The notes: generated from the letters alone by a model not told the origin. DNA of 64,000 bases from a bacterium (GCA_018812485.1 JAHJDO010000033.1:22435-86434), one strand, 5' to 3'. Shown: positions 40,181-50,464, counted from the stretch's first letter. Numbers and translations are program-made.

Positions 40181-41035
40181 TTAAGAAGAGGTTTTTATTT
40201 CATCAATAAATCGAGAAAGAGCGGTTTCTGTTTCCTTATCGTTTGAGATAAATTGTATCCCAATATTGTAATCTTCTTTTTTCTGTAAGCGCCAGACTGT
40301 CTGTCCATTTATTTCTAAATATTTTTTGACATCCAACAAAGGAATTCTCACTTTAAGTTTTATATCTTCTTTTATTCTGGAGTCGTTTGTATCCTTATGC
40401 TTTGGTAGCGTTATACAGATCCCGCCAAGACTTATATCTTTTGTATAGCCATAGTATACAATCAGATGTTTTTCTGAATCTTTTTGCAATCTTAACTCAA
40501 CGGCTTCACCAACAGCATATCGCGGATATTTCCTTCGCTCTTGTTCTATGTGTTTATTCATATCGCTTCTTTCCGCAGGAGGTTTTTCCTCCATAGCAAT
40601 TAGTTTTATTATGTCTTCTGAAGACGTAGCATTCATCAAAGCATCCCTGAAAGCTTTATTTCTAAGAAGGCGGGATATTCTGGCTAGAGTTTTCAAGTGC
40701 GGACAAATTTCTCTGCTTGGAGAAATGATCATAAAGAAAAGATTTACAGGCTCATTATCGATTGCATCAAAACTTATGCCTTTTTTTGATCTTCCAAAAA
40801 CGATAATTTTTTCTTTAATAGAAGATGTTTCTGCATGCGGAATAGCAACCCCATTTCCTATTGCAGTGCTGCCGCGCGCTTCTCTCTCTAAAACGGCTTT
40901 ATGCAGTGCATTTTCTGAATTGGCAAGCCCCTTTTTTATGATTGGAGATATTAACTCTTTGATTACGTCTTCTTTTTTATCAGACAAGAGATCAAGAAGA
41001 ACTAACTCTTTTCGCATGAAATCAGAAAGACTCAT
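40181..41035 (-). CDS. Fusion of a PTS EIIA-type-2 (PtsN / EIIA-Ntr-like) domain with a C-terminal PilZ domain
   Basis: N-terminus ...LHKAVLEREARGSTAIGNGVAIPHAETSS...VNLFFMIISP (EIIA-2 fold with the phospho-His region IPHA). C-terminus ERRKYPRYAV (RxxxR) and DISLGGICI (DxSxxG), i.e. PilZ. Confidence 0.65.
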   Translation of the reverse strand: MSLSDFMRKELVLLDLLSDKKEDVIKELISPIIKKGLANSENALHKAVLEREARGSTAIGNGVAIPHAETSSIKEKIIVFGRSKKGISFDAIDNEPVNLFFMIISPSREICPHLKTLARISRLLRNKAFRDALMNATSSEDIIKLIAMEEKPPAERSDMNKHIEQERRKYPRYAVGEAVELRLQKDSEKHLIVYYGYTKDISLGGICITLPKHKDTNDSRIKEDIKLKVRIPLLDVKKYLEINGQTVWRLQKKEDYNIGIQFISNDKETETALSRFIDEIKTSS

Positions 41036-41136
41036 CCGTTCTCCAGCTTTCTTGTGTCACGTATGTATTCTAATTTTATAAGAAGATATAAACAATGGGG
41101 ATTCTGCGGGTGGATAATGGGTATATAAAATACCCG

Positions 41137-42864
41137 CTAAATGGTTTGGAGGAAGGAAGTTAAGTTGATATCTTTTTTGTGTATTCCCATTTTGCGTCTG
41201 ATATTTTTGCGGTGTTTTTCAACTGTCTGGTAAGAAATATTTAAAAGCCCGGAAATCTCTTTACTTGTGAGCTTGCCCTTTATCATATTGCAGATTTCAA
41301 TTTCCCTGGGAGTTAGATTAAGTCTTTTCCCTCTTATTTTACGGCCAAACGAAGACACCAATTCCCCTAAATGGTTTTTTAATAAATCAACATATTTACC
41401 GGCAGTCTTCTCTAATTCAAGCTTTTCTAAAATTGGAAACAATAATTCACTTACATTAGCCGCTATATTATCTTTCATCTTTTTCTTTTCCACTTCAATC
41501 TGCGCTATGATTTCGCTGAGCGCAATGTTTTTTTGCTCCAAAGCCGATTTTTGTCTCTGCAATTTTGCTGCCGTCTCTTTCAACATCTTCTCTGTCCTCT
41601 TACGCTCGGTGATGTCCCAAGAAATACCCAATAGCCCAACGATGTTGTCCCGTTCATCCCTAGCAGGACACTTGACTGTGTATTCAATGAATTCTTTTTC
41701 ATTTATGACACGTTTATCTTCTATTTCTTCTGTTTTTCCGGATTTGATAATCCTTTCATCATCTGCTCTATATTTCTCAGCCAGTTCCTTTGGAAAGAAA
41801 TCATAATCTGTTTTTCCTGCGATTTCTTCACGCCTGATTTTTTTGTCTCGTACAAAGCTTTCGTTACAAGAGACAAAAACCAAATTGCTGTCCAATAAAA
41901 ATACCTTCTGAGGAAGATTCTCAAGAAGTGTTTTGTACTTGTTTTTACTATTACGCAGCTCCTCCTCTGTGAGTTTGCGTTCAGTGATTTCCTTTTCAAG
42001 TTCTGCTGTACGACTATCGACCATGTCTTCCAGATGATCGCGGTACTTTTTTAATTCCTTCTCTATCCTCTTGCGCCCTGTAATATCTCTGACTGTCGCC
42101 TGCAGGAAAGTTTTTTCTCCGATACTTATTCTTGTCAGCAAAACGGTGGAAAAGAAGTCCTCGCCATTCAGCTTTTTGTGCGTCCACTCAAAAAAGTTTG
42201 ATCCTTTTTCCATTGCTATGTTAATCATTTTTTTTGCTTTACTTATGGAGGATTGTCCGTCCGGCTGAAACTCTGGAGAGTACTTCCACGGAGGCGCAGA
42301 AACAAACGTTTCTTCATCTTTCACGCCGAACAGTTCAAGCGTGGCAGCATTTCCTGAAGTAAAATTCCAGGACGGCGGAGCAAGTGTCATTATTGCGTCA
42401 CGTGAAGTTTCAAATAAGAGCCGATATCTTTCCTCACTTTCATCCAATTGCTTTCTCGTCTTCCTTTGCTTGCTAATATCCCAGAAGATACCCAATATTC
42501 CTACGATATTGCCTCCTTTATCATCCCTAACAGGTGTTTTGATTGTATGAACAAATACTTTTCGTCCATCCAGAAGATACTCTTCTTCAATATCTTCTGC
42601 TATTCCGGATTTTATAATTCTTTTATCGTCTATCCTGTATTTTTCGGCTAATTTCTTAGAGTAAAAATCGTGATCCGTCTTTCCGACGATTTCTGAAACT
42701 TTAATCTTTAAGTCCCTGGCATAATTCTCGTTGCAGTAGATATAAACTGAGTTTTTATCTTTAAGAAATATTTTTTGCGGAAGATTCTCAAGGAGCGTTC
42801 TATACATGTTTTCGCTTTCCTGCAGAGCTTTCTCCGCACTTTTTAATTTGGATATATTCGTCAT
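41137..42864 (-). CDS. Triple-PAS sensor fused to a LuxR/GerE-type HTH (transcriptional regulator)
   Basis: 575 aa; PAS modules 1 and 3 are clear internal duplicates (ENLPQKIFLKDKNSVYIYCNENYARD... and ENLPQKVFLLDSNLVFVSCNESFVRD...). C-terminal HTH LTPREIEICNMIKGKLTSKEISGLLNISYQTVEKHRKNIRRKMGI. Confidence 0.7.
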   Translation of the reverse strand: MTNISKLKSAEKALQESENMYRTLLENLPQKIFLKDKNSVYIYCNENYARDLKIKVSEIVGKTDHDFYSKKLAEKYRIDDKRIIKSGIAEDIEEEYLLDGRKVFVHTIKTPVRDDKGGNIVGILGIFWDISKQRKTRKQLDESEERYRLLFETSRDAIMTLAPPSWNFTSGNAATLELFGVKDEETFVSAPPWKYSPEFQPDGQSSISKAKKMINIAMEKGSNFFEWTHKKLNGEDFFSTVLLTRISIGEKTFLQATVRDITGRKRIEKELKKYRDHLEDMVDSRTAELEKEITERKLTEEELRNSKNKYKTLLENLPQKVFLLDSNLVFVSCNESFVRDKKIRREEIAGKTDYDFFPKELAEKYRADDERIIKSGKTEEIEDKRVINEKEFIEYTVKCPARDERDNIVGLLGISWDITERKRTEKMLKETAAKLQRQKSALEQKNIALSEIIAQIEVEKKKMKDNIAANVSELLFPILEKLELEKTAGKYVDLLKNHLGELVSSFGRKIRGKRLNLTPREIEICNMIKGKLTSKEISGLLNISYQTVEKHRKNIRRKMGIHKKDINLTSFLQTI

Positions 42865-43955
42865 CGATACACCTTCGCTGTCAGCTGTGCAAGTCTGGTT
42901 TCTGAAAATTCATTTATGATAACTTGTTTTCCTTTTCTTGCCATTTCTAAGAATTTGTGTCTATTATTTATCACATCAAGAATAGCATTGGCTAAAGCTT
43001 CTGGATTATGAGGCGAAACTAAAATGCCTGTAACTCCATCCTGGATTATCTCGGGAATTCCGCCTACATTAGTTGAAACAACAGGTTTTTCCATAATAAG
43101 TGCTTCCTTGATTACAGCAGGAGATCCTTCAACAGAAGAAGAAAGCACAAATATATCAATTTCTGAGAGGATTCGGGGGATATCTTCTCTTTTACCTGCG
43201 AATATAACGTAATTACTTAATTCCATTTTTTGAACCATGCTTTTAAGTTCCGATTCCAGAATTCCATCTCCAACAATCAGTAATTTAATATTCCTAACTC
43301 TTTTAATAATAATCTTTAGTGCCTCAAACATATTCGGATAGTCTTTATGTTCCCTCAATCTGCCTATCATGCCTAGAACTACTGTATCAGAAGCAATACT
43401 AAACTCCTTGCGTATAGCTTCTCCACTAAAGTTGTCATTGAATTTTTTTACATCTATAGAACTATGAATAGTAATGATTTTATTCTTGAAAATGTTATTT
43501 TCATCAATTAGCTGTCTTTTTATTACTTCAGCCACTGCTATTATTCTATCTGTCCATTCTTTATAAAGTTTATTGTTTATCCAGTTGTTTTTTATTCTTG
43601 TGAAATTATGGCGTGTGCGGATAATTTTGCATTGACCGGACAAACCAAATAATCTAACAGCCAAGACACCAATCCAGTGGTCTGATGAACGGTGTGTGTG
43701 CAAGATATCAACTTTATGAGTTTTTAGAAACCTTGACAGTTTCCATATAACTACCGGGTTAAATTTCCATTTGCCTATTTTAAGAGACAATAACGGGATA
43801 TTATACGAACCTGCTTTTTTACATAATGGGCTTGACGGAGACACAGCTAGAATTATTTTAAACTGATCACTGTTAAGCAATCTGCTGATTGAGAATATTC
43901 TCTGCTCTATCCCGCTCCAAACCTCACCTGCGTTTATGTGTAAGATAGTTCGCAC
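42861..43955 (-). CDS. Glycosyltransferase family 4
   Basis: 364 aa; ...SSSVEGSPAVIKEALIMEKPVVSTNVGGIPEIIQDGVTGILV (GT4 C-terminal E-x7-E region). Confidence 0.8.
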   Translation of the reverse strand: MRTILHINAGEVWSGIEQRIFSISRLLNSDQFKIILAVSPSSPLCKKAGSYNIPLLSLKIGKWKFNPVVIWKLSRFLKTHKVDILHTHRSSDHWIGVLAVRLFGLSGQCKIIRTRHNFTRIKNNWINNKLYKEWTDRIIAVAEVIKRQLIDENNIFKNKIITIHSSIDVKKFNDNFSGEAIRKEFSIASDTVVLGMIGRLREHKDYPNMFEALKIIIKRVRNIKLLIVGDGILESELKSMVQKMELSNYVIFAGKREDIPRILSEIDIFVLSSSVEGSPAVIKEALIMEKPVVSTNVGGIPEIIQDGVTGILVSPHNPEALANAILDVINNRHKFLEMARKGKQVIINEFSETRLAQLTAKVYR

Positions 43956-45325
43956 TATATCTCAAGTTCCTTCTTAAATGCCTTCTTAATGTATTCAAAA
44001 TATAACTCTTTATTCTCACTATTCTCTGGCAGGGTCTCGTTTGTAATAGCTTCAAGTATCTTATGTTTCATTTTCCCTATTAAAGGAGATGGGGAAAGAT
44101 TAAATTTATCCATTAACTCATCTCCGGTGATTGGAAATTTGGATTCTTTTGCTGAAATCAGCTCCTCACATCTCCCCTCAAGCTCAGATAATTCTTCCAG
44201 CTTTTTTCGAACCCTCTCCTTCTTGTATGATGTTATATCTGCCTTAGAAATACTGAGAATATCTGAGAGCTTATCCCCCATCTTGGTTGCAAACCGTCTC
44301 ACTGCGGTGTCTGTCCATAGAGAAGTATAAAGATTTGCTCTCATATGTTTCCTGATTAAAAAGCATATGTGCTTGCGATCCTGATTGGAGAATCTGAGTC
44401 TTGTAAGGATTCCCCATGCCATCTTAGCGCCTAAATCTTCATGCCTATAAAAATGCACATTTTTCTCATCTATTGTTCTTACGTATGGTTTCGCTATGTC
44501 GTGAAGCAGTGCAGTCCATCTGATTTTCTCATCTAAAGGGCAATTTTTAACAACTTTTACTGTATGCATCCATACGTCCTTATGATGAAGCTGGCTATCT
44601 TCATGCAGGTTCTTCAGAGGAACAAGTTCTGGTATGAAGTAGTTAATCACTTCGTTTTTCATCAAATTTTCCAGCGCTAGTTCCAAATGATTTCCAAGTA
44701 ATAGCTTAGTCATTTCATCTCTTATTCTTTCACTCGAGAGGTTCAGCAGTCTGTAAGCGTTCTTTTTTAAGGATGAGCGAGTCTTCTCTTCAATCTCAAA
44801 TCCTAATTGAGATTGGAACCTTAATGCTCTTAGAATTCTCAGAGAATCATCTGCAAATGCAGTGTCTGGATTCTTAGGTGTTCTGATTAATTTTTGCTCT
44901 AAATCTTCCCTTCCTTTAAAAGGATCAATTATTTTTGAGTCAGCAGCGCCTATCGCTATCGTATTTATTGTAAAATCCCTGCGCTCTAAGTCCTCCATTA
45001 TATTGCTTCCAAAATCCACATCCGGTTTTCTGCTAATACCTCTGTATATCTCTTTTTTCCTGAATGTTGTAATATGCAATTCAACTTTGTCTATGAATGC
45101 GCCGACTGTTCCAAAATTTATGCCGACAGGATATGTTTTTATCCTGCTATTTCGTAGAATTTTGATAATTTCAGAAGGTGTTGCAGAGGTAGCAAAATCG
45201 TAATCATTGAGAGGCTTTTCCATTAACAGATCGCGCACTGAGCCCCCAACAAGATATACGGATTTCCCTGCCTGGCTGAAGATTCTAAAAATACTCTGTA
45301 TTATTCTATTTTCTATTTTTAGCAT
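43955..45325 (-). CDS. cca: tRNA nucleotidyltransferase (CCA-adding enzyme) with HD domain
   Basis: 456 aa; polymerase-beta head YLVGGSVRDLLMEKPLNDYDFAT...RRDFTINTIA; HD motif ALLHDIAKP. Confidence 0.8.
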   Translation of the reverse strand: MLKIENRIIQSIFRIFSQAGKSVYLVGGSVRDLLMEKPLNDYDFATSATPSEIIKILRNSRIKTYPVGINFGTVGAFIDKVELHITTFRKKEIYRGISRKPDVDFGSNIMEDLERRDFTINTIAIGAADSKIIDPFKGREDLEQKLIRTPKNPDTAFADDSLRILRALRFQSQLGFEIEEKTRSSLKKNAYRLLNLSSERIRDEMTKLLLGNHLELALENLMKNEVINYFIPELVPLKNLHEDSQLHHKDVWMHTVKVVKNCPLDEKIRWTALLHDIAKPYVRTIDEKNVHFYRHEDLGAKMAWGILTRLRFSNQDRKHICFLIRKHMRANLYTSLWTDTAVRRFATKMGDKLSDILSISKADITSYKKERVRKKLEELSELEGRCEELISAKESKFPITGDELMDKFNLSPSPLIGKMKHKILEAITNETLPENSENKELYFEYIKKAFKKELEI

Positions 45326-46425
45326 TACTTTGTCTTTATATATTCCATAATAGGAGTCATCATCTTTAACGGCAAATTTAACAACCGCTGAAACAATCCT
45401 AATGTCATGTCTTCCAGTAATTCATGCTGAACCACTGTTGCCTTTAAATGTCCGCCTTTACTCCTTTTTAATCTGACATAGAAAGCAAGTAAGTTCCCAT
45501 CCTCTCCTGTTATAATATAACCCAAAATTGGTATTTTATTCAACACCTCATCAACAATCTGCATCAGCTCAATTCCAAAAATCATATCTGTTGACTCTTT
45601 AACCATATCAATATCGCCTTTGCCTGAAATTCTCATTCTCTCGCCGTCAATATATAGACTTTCTACATTAATTACTCCAGAATTTATTACTGCTTTAGCC
45701 GTGGCTGTACTATATTTTATTCCCTCCTCATCCATTTTAGGCAGTCTTAATTTTATTACATCATACATATTAATAAGAGTGAACATTCTAACGAATATAT
45801 GTTGTTTAGTTAAATATCCATTATTTAATATTATATCTAAATTTCCGTTCAGGTTCTTTTTTATTTCATCAATAGACTTGCCACGGCTTCTTATATTTCC
45901 CTCGCAGTTCAGCACTCCACTAAATGTAAGATTTTTAATGCCAAACTTTGGAGCCAGTTTTTGGATATCAACATTTTTTATTTTGTATATTGAATCAAAT
46001 TCAATGCCATATGGGGAAGAAAAATTAAGTTTACCTGAAAGCTCAGCTTCCCCCTCTGCTAGTTTTAATTTTATCCTATGGATATGCAGTATCCTGTCTT
46101 TTATATAGAGTGGCAGATGTGGCGTAACGATTTTTATGTCATCATATATGCCCTTTTCTATTTCAAAGCTTGTCATGTTATTCTCCAAGATAACTTTACC
46201 TGTAAAATCAATAGGAATGGCAGGGGTTGAATTTTTGATTGAGACATTTGCAGAGTGAAGATCAAATCCTATCTGTACTCTCTCAACATGAACTCTATTC
46301 TGCGAAATTTTATTAACAACTCTCTTAATATACAAGCTTCCGATCACTCCAATCAGTCTGTAACATATAAATAGGATAATGAAGATAAAAAATACAATAT
46401 AAAGAGCTTTCTTAAATTTGGGCAT
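45325..46425 (-). CDS. Membrane-anchored hypothetical protein, AsmA-like
   Basis: 366 aa; single N-terminal TM (LYIVFFIFIILFICYRLIGVIGSL) followed by an extended beta-rich region, as in AsmA/DUF748-type proteins. Weak call. Confidence 0.35.
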   Translation of the reverse strand: MPKFKKALYIVFFIFIILFICYRLIGVIGSLYIKRVVNKISQNRVHVERVQIGFDLHSANVSIKNSTPAIPIDFTGKVILENNMTSFEIEKGIYDDIKIVTPHLPLYIKDRILHIHRIKLKLAEGEAELSGKLNFSSPYGIEFDSIYKIKNVDIQKLAPKFGIKNLTFSGVLNCEGNIRSRGKSIDEIKKNLNGNLDIILNNGYLTKQHIFVRMFTLINMYDVIKLRLPKMDEEGIKYSTATAKAVINSGVINVESLYIDGERMRISGKGDIDMVKESTDMIFGIELMQIVDEVLNKIPILGYIITGEDGNLLAFYVRLKRSKGGHLKATVVQHELLEDMTLGLFQRLLNLPLKMMTPIMEYIKTK

Positions 46426-46444
46426 TTCGATTCTTTCTTGCGGT

Positions 46445-47164
46445 TTATTTATTTATATACTTAAGGGTAATGGAGAAAACAAATTTCAACATGTTTGTAT
46501 TATTCTTTACAGGTATTCTTCGCAGCTCAAATATGGTTTCAGTTGTATGATTCATACCTCTTTTTGTTGTGCATGCTCCTTTGTACCCGGCTTGAGCAAG
46601 AAAATTCTTTGTATTTTCATTGTAATCTCCGTATGGATAGCAAAAGTATTTTACCGGCTGGGACAGATTTTCTTCAATAATTTGTTTTGATTTTGTTATT
46701 TCGTCCCATGCATCCTCATCTGTTAATCCAGTCATACGTTTGTGTGTACATGAATGAGACCCGAAACTAAATCCAAATGCCATCATCTTCTTTGCATTTT
46801 CCCATGACATAAATTTCTCTGGAACCTTTTCTTTGCTTTCATCAAAAGCCATAGTTTTGCCAACTGCATCTGTTGTTAAGAAAACCGTACCTGTAAAGCC
46901 CAGATTTTTCATAATGGGAAATGCGTATGTATAATTGTCAAGATAGCCATCATCAAAGGTTATTACGACAGGTTTTTGAGGAAACTCTTTATTTCTTTTA
47001 GTGCTCGCAATGACCTCATCAAGTGAAACAGTCATATAGTTCCATTTTTTAAGAAGATTCATCTGTTTTTCAAAATCCTCCGGTCTTACGTACAGGCATT
47101 GTTCTGTGGCTTTAGGATTGGGATAATTAATTTTATGATAGAAAAGGATTGGTATCCTACTCAT
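46445..47164 (-). CDS. Polysaccharide deacetylase (CE4 / NodB homology)
   Basis: 239 aa; NodB motifs VVITFDDGYLDNYTYAFPIMKNLGFTGTVFL and ...GSHSCTHKRMTGL. Confidence 0.8.
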   Translation of the reverse strand: MSRIPILFYHKINYPNPKATEQCLYVRPEDFEKQMNLLKKWNYMTVSLDEVIASTKRNKEFPQKPVVITFDDGYLDNYTYAFPIMKNLGFTGTVFLTTDAVGKTMAFDESKEKVPEKFMSWENAKKMMAFGFSFGSHSCTHKRMTGLTDEDAWDEITKSKQIIEENLSQPVKYFCYPYGDYNENTKNFLAQAGYKGACTTKRGMNHTTETIFELRRIPVKNNTNMLKFVFSITLKYINK

Positions 47165-47167
47165 AGG

Positions 47168-48241
47168 TCATTCCTCCATGCTATTATTATTCCAGAATTT
47201 GTTTTTTAATATTTCTGCAAGTTTTTCTCCAGCAACACGTATGGAGTATTTTTCTTCAACAGTTTTTCTTCCGTTTATAGCTATTTGTTCCTTAAGTTGG
47301 TTGTTCTCAATTAAACTCCTGAGTTTAGTTTCCCATTCATCAGGGGTTCTTGCCAGAAGTCCATCTTTTCCGTCTTTTATAAAATACTTATTTTCACCTA
47401 TATTACTGCATACAGCAGCAATACCTGTAGACATATACTCCAGGGCTTTAAGGCCGCATTTCCCCTTATTCCATTCATTATCCAGTAAAGGATACACCCC
47501 TACATCGAATGTTATCAATTCAGAGGGTATCTCATCAGGTTCCATCCAATCGATCATCTCAACTTTTAAATGTTCACATTCTCCATAAGCTTCCTTTAGT
47601 TTATGGCAGTCTTTAGTGCCTATTATCTCAAACATTATATTATGGGTTCTTGCAAGAGATATTAAAGGCTTCTTCAGCATTATGAGGTCATCCTGATATG
47701 TCTTTCCATCCCCAACCCAGCCTATTTTAAATTCAGCTTTTTTCTCCAGGTATGCAGGCTTAAATTTATCCGTATCAATAGCTGTTGACATAATGTAAAC
47801 ATTATCATTGCATTTTTGAGCATACTCAGCCAGAAAGTGGCTCCCAACAATAACAACATCTGCAATCTTTAACATGCGGTTTGTGCGCTTCTTACGCCTT
47901 AAGAATATTGCATCATCAAAATCAAAGACCACACTTATATTAAATAGTTTTTTATATACCCATAGAAATCTTATAAAGTCTGACTGATAGACAGTTCTTT
48001 GAGCGTAAATAATAGTATTTTTGCGACTTTGGTTTAATTCTCTTATCGACTTTATTGCTTCTCTGTATCGTTCAATGCATATATTCTTTTTGAGTATCAG
48101 GCGTGGAGACATTATAGAAGTAGAAAATCCGTACTTTTTCAATTCCCTAGCAAAAAGCATACATCTGTATCTTGTGCTTGGTATGCTATAATCGCCCTTT
48201 GGGAAAAATACAATTCTGCTAGGCGTGTTTTTCTTTTTCAT
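47168..48241 (-). CDS. Glycosyltransferase (GT-B, GT4-like)
   Basis: 357 aa; C-terminal ...GKCGLKALEYMSTGIAAVCSNIGENKYFIKDGKDGLL resembles the GT4 donor-binding region. Confidence 0.55.
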   Translation of the reverse strand: MKKKNTPSRIVFFPKGDYSIPSTRYRCMLFARELKKYGFSTSIMSPRLILKKNICIERYREAIKSIRELNQSRKNTIIYAQRTVYQSDFIRFLWVYKKLFNISVVFDFDDAIFLRRKKRTNRMLKIADVVIVGSHFLAEYAQKCNDNVYIMSTAIDTDKFKPAYLEKKAEFKIGWVGDGKTYQDDLIMLKKPLISLARTHNIMFEIIGTKDCHKLKEAYGECEHLKVEMIDWMEPDEIPSELITFDVGVYPLLDNEWNKGKCGLKALEYMSTGIAAVCSNIGENKYFIKDGKDGLLARTPDEWETKLRSLIENNQLKEQIAINGRKTVEEKYSIRVAGEKLAEILKNKFWNNNSMEE

Positions 48242-49466
48242 TAGTTCCTATACCTATGGATATAGCCATGTATAACCAAAACATAAGTCCTATTCTATCT
48301 TCATAAAAATATCCGGAAATACTGCAAGCTAAAAAACCAATAATTGTCAGAAGAATTGTGAATAATATGTCCTTTTTAAAATAGTCTTCTGTATGCATGT
48401 ATGACTTATAAGCACATTTTATATGTCTTGCTAAGAGATACATAAAAACTACAATGCCCACTATCCCTGTCTCTATAGGGATCTGCAAATAGAGATTGTG
48501 TGCATCTGACTGCTGGAAATTGCCATGAGGATCAGTAATATAGAATTTATATTCCGGATGTAGATACATTTTTCTAAAGATATTCGGCCCATATCCCACA
48601 CCTAGCACGGGATGTTTTTTTATAATCTGAAGACTATTATGCCATAATGTTAAGCGTCCGGATAAAGCTCGGTTAATACCTTCTTTAACCTCAAATGTAA
48701 ATTTTACTCTTTCAGTAACCGGGGCATAAAAAAGGCCCAAAAGTAGCAATACTGCTAAGAAGGCTATTAACATCTTCTTACTTTTTTTGAACAGTAATAT
48801 TAAGAGAATAACAAATAGTATTACCCATGGCCCGCGAGTGAAAGTTAGCACTAATAATATACCTGTTAAGAGGGCAGATAAAACTAGACCAAGTTTTATA
48901 TATTTGTTTTTGGTATGAAAAAACACTATTAGAATTAAAGGGATAACAAGTATACAATACATTGCTGAACGGCTATAGCTGTCAAAGGCGCCTATAGCTC
49001 TTCCATACTCTGTCAATGTGTTATTAAAATAGCCAGATATGCCATATATGGAAAAAGCACATGCCGAAATAGCTAATATGTATACTATTTTCAGTATCTG
49101 TTTTTTGGTCCTTATATTATTTATTACAATAAAAAATAGAATAATTTGTTTCAAAAACTGTGACCTGAATTCATAAAAGCTATACGTCTGAGCTATGGAA
49201 CCAATGGAGGCTAACACAACAACAATTCCCCAATACATAATAGGGAAATTTAGAGGTGTTTTTATAAAATGCGCATCAGGAACATATTTCAGTTTTACTA
49301 TCCATGCAATGAGAGGGATAAGAAGAGCCGCTGATTCAATAGATGCAGTATGCTTAAACGGCATAATAAAAACTAAAAGGAGCATGCTGTACTCAATAAT
49401 TATGTTACATATAATGGATATTTTTGAGCTGTTCATTTTTATTTCGTCACGAGTAGTTTCATGCAT
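48219..49466 (-). CDS. O-antigen ligase / Wzy-like polytopic membrane protein
   Basis: 415 aa, about 10 hydrophobic spans; central loop ...FTRGPWVILF... resembles the O-antigen-ligase (Wzy_C) region; overlaps neighbours on both sides. Confidence 0.55.
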   Translation of the reverse strand: MHETTRDEIKMNSSKISIICNIIIEYSMLLLVFIMPFKHTASIESAALLIPLIAWIVKLKYVPDAHFIKTPLNFPIMYWGIVVVLASIGSIAQTYSFYEFRSQFLKQIILFFIVINNIRTKKQILKIVYILAISACAFSIYGISGYFNNTLTEYGRAIGAFDSYSRSAMYCILVIPLILIVFFHTKNKYIKLGLVLSALLTGILLVLTFTRGPWVILFVILLILLFKKSKKMLIAFLAVLLLLGLFYAPVTERVKFTFEVKEGINRALSGRLTLWHNSLQIIKKHPVLGVGYGPNIFRKMYLHPEYKFYITDPHGNFQQSDAHNLYLQIPIETGIVGIVVFMYLLARHIKCAYKSYMHTEDYFKKDILFTILLTIIGFLACSISGYFYEDRIGLMFWLYMAISIGIGTNEKEKHA

Positions 49467-50461
49467 GCTTCAAAAACCTCATCAACGGATATATTTTTCA
49501 TGCAATCAATTTTACCACATTCTCTCTTCCAACACGAGGCACATGGTATATCTTTCTGAATAATAATATTCTTTGTTCCATACGGGCCATTTCTTTTAGG
49601 GTCTGACGGACCATACAGGCCAACAACAGGAACTTCTAATGCAGCTGCAAGATGTGTAGGACCTGTGTCAGAGCCAACAAAAAGATCACAGCTCTTAATT
49701 ATTGCTGCAAGTTGTTTTATAGTAGATTGAGGCATTATTGCAATTCTGTCGTTCATGTTGCTTCTAATATTTTCTATTAACTCTTTTTCTTGGGGCCCCC
49801 ATGACATAATTACCTTTGCATTAGCATTGCTATTAGCACTGCTACATTTTGTTAATTTATCTGCAAGACGCGGAAAGTTTTCAGCTGGCCAGCGCTTTGT
49901 CGGCCATCCAGCGCCGGGGTTTAGCATGATGATTTTATCTTTTTTTGGAACTAGTTTTCTTGATGCAAAAAAATCCTTTGCAAATCTTAAATCCTGTGCG
50001 GATATAGGAATTTTAAAATTATATATATATTCAGATATGCCCAGCGGTTCAAGCAGGCTCATGTTTTTATCCACTACATGGACAGCTTTTTGAGGCGGAG
50101 TTACTTTATGATTGTAGAATATATGACTCAATTCGCGACTGTTAATCTTACTGAAGCCGATCCTATGGCTTGCCTTGCTGAAATAAGCTAAAATTCCGCT
50201 TCTGAATAATCCCTGAAGGTCCAGCGCTACATCAAACTTCTTTTTGCGCAGTATTTTGATTAATTGCAAAAAACCACTATTATCAAATGGAATGACATCT
50301 GTTAGATCAGGATTCCCTGCTAATAAATCAGAAAATTTGTTTTTAACAATCCATGTGATTTCTGCTTCAGGATAGTGTTTTCTCAATGTTGCAAGTACTG
50401 GCAGAGCGTGAATAATATCGCCCATTGAGGAGGGTTTGATGATTAGAAATTTTCTCCTCAA
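49439..50461 (-). CDS. Glycosyltransferase family 9 (LPS heptosyltransferase WaaC/WaaF-like)
   Basis: 340 aa; N-terminus LIIKPSSMGDIIHALPVLATLRKHYPEAEITWIV; C-terminal ...FVGSDTGPTHLAAALEVPVVGLYGPSDPKRNGPYG. Confidence 0.8.
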   Translation of the reverse strand: MRRKFLIIKPSSMGDIIHALPVLATLRKHYPEAEITWIVKNKFSDLLAGNPDLTDVIPFDNSGFLQLIKILRKKKFDVALDLQGLFRSGILAYFSKASHRIGFSKINSRELSHIFYNHKVTPPQKAVHVVDKNMSLLEPLGISEYIYNFKIPISAQDLRFAKDFFASRKLVPKKDKIIMLNPGAGWPTKRWPAENFPRLADKLTKCSSANSNANAKVIMSWGPQEKELIENIRSNMNDRIAIMPQSTIKQLAAIIKSCDLFVGSDTGPTHLAAALEVPVVGLYGPSDPKRNGPYGTKNIIIQKDIPCASCWKRECGKIDCMKNISVDEVFEACMKLLVTK

Positions 50462-50464
50462 TTT

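Noticed and set aside
40548-41081. 177-aa plus-strand ORF
   Set aside because: Antisense to the EIIA-PilZ gene, whose domains are clearly recognisable on the minus strand.
45620-46108. 162-aa plus-strand ORF (also 47178..47588, 49195..49563, 49755..50093)
   Set aside because: Antisense shadow ORFs inside the AsmA-like, GT, O-antigen-ligase and GT9 genes.
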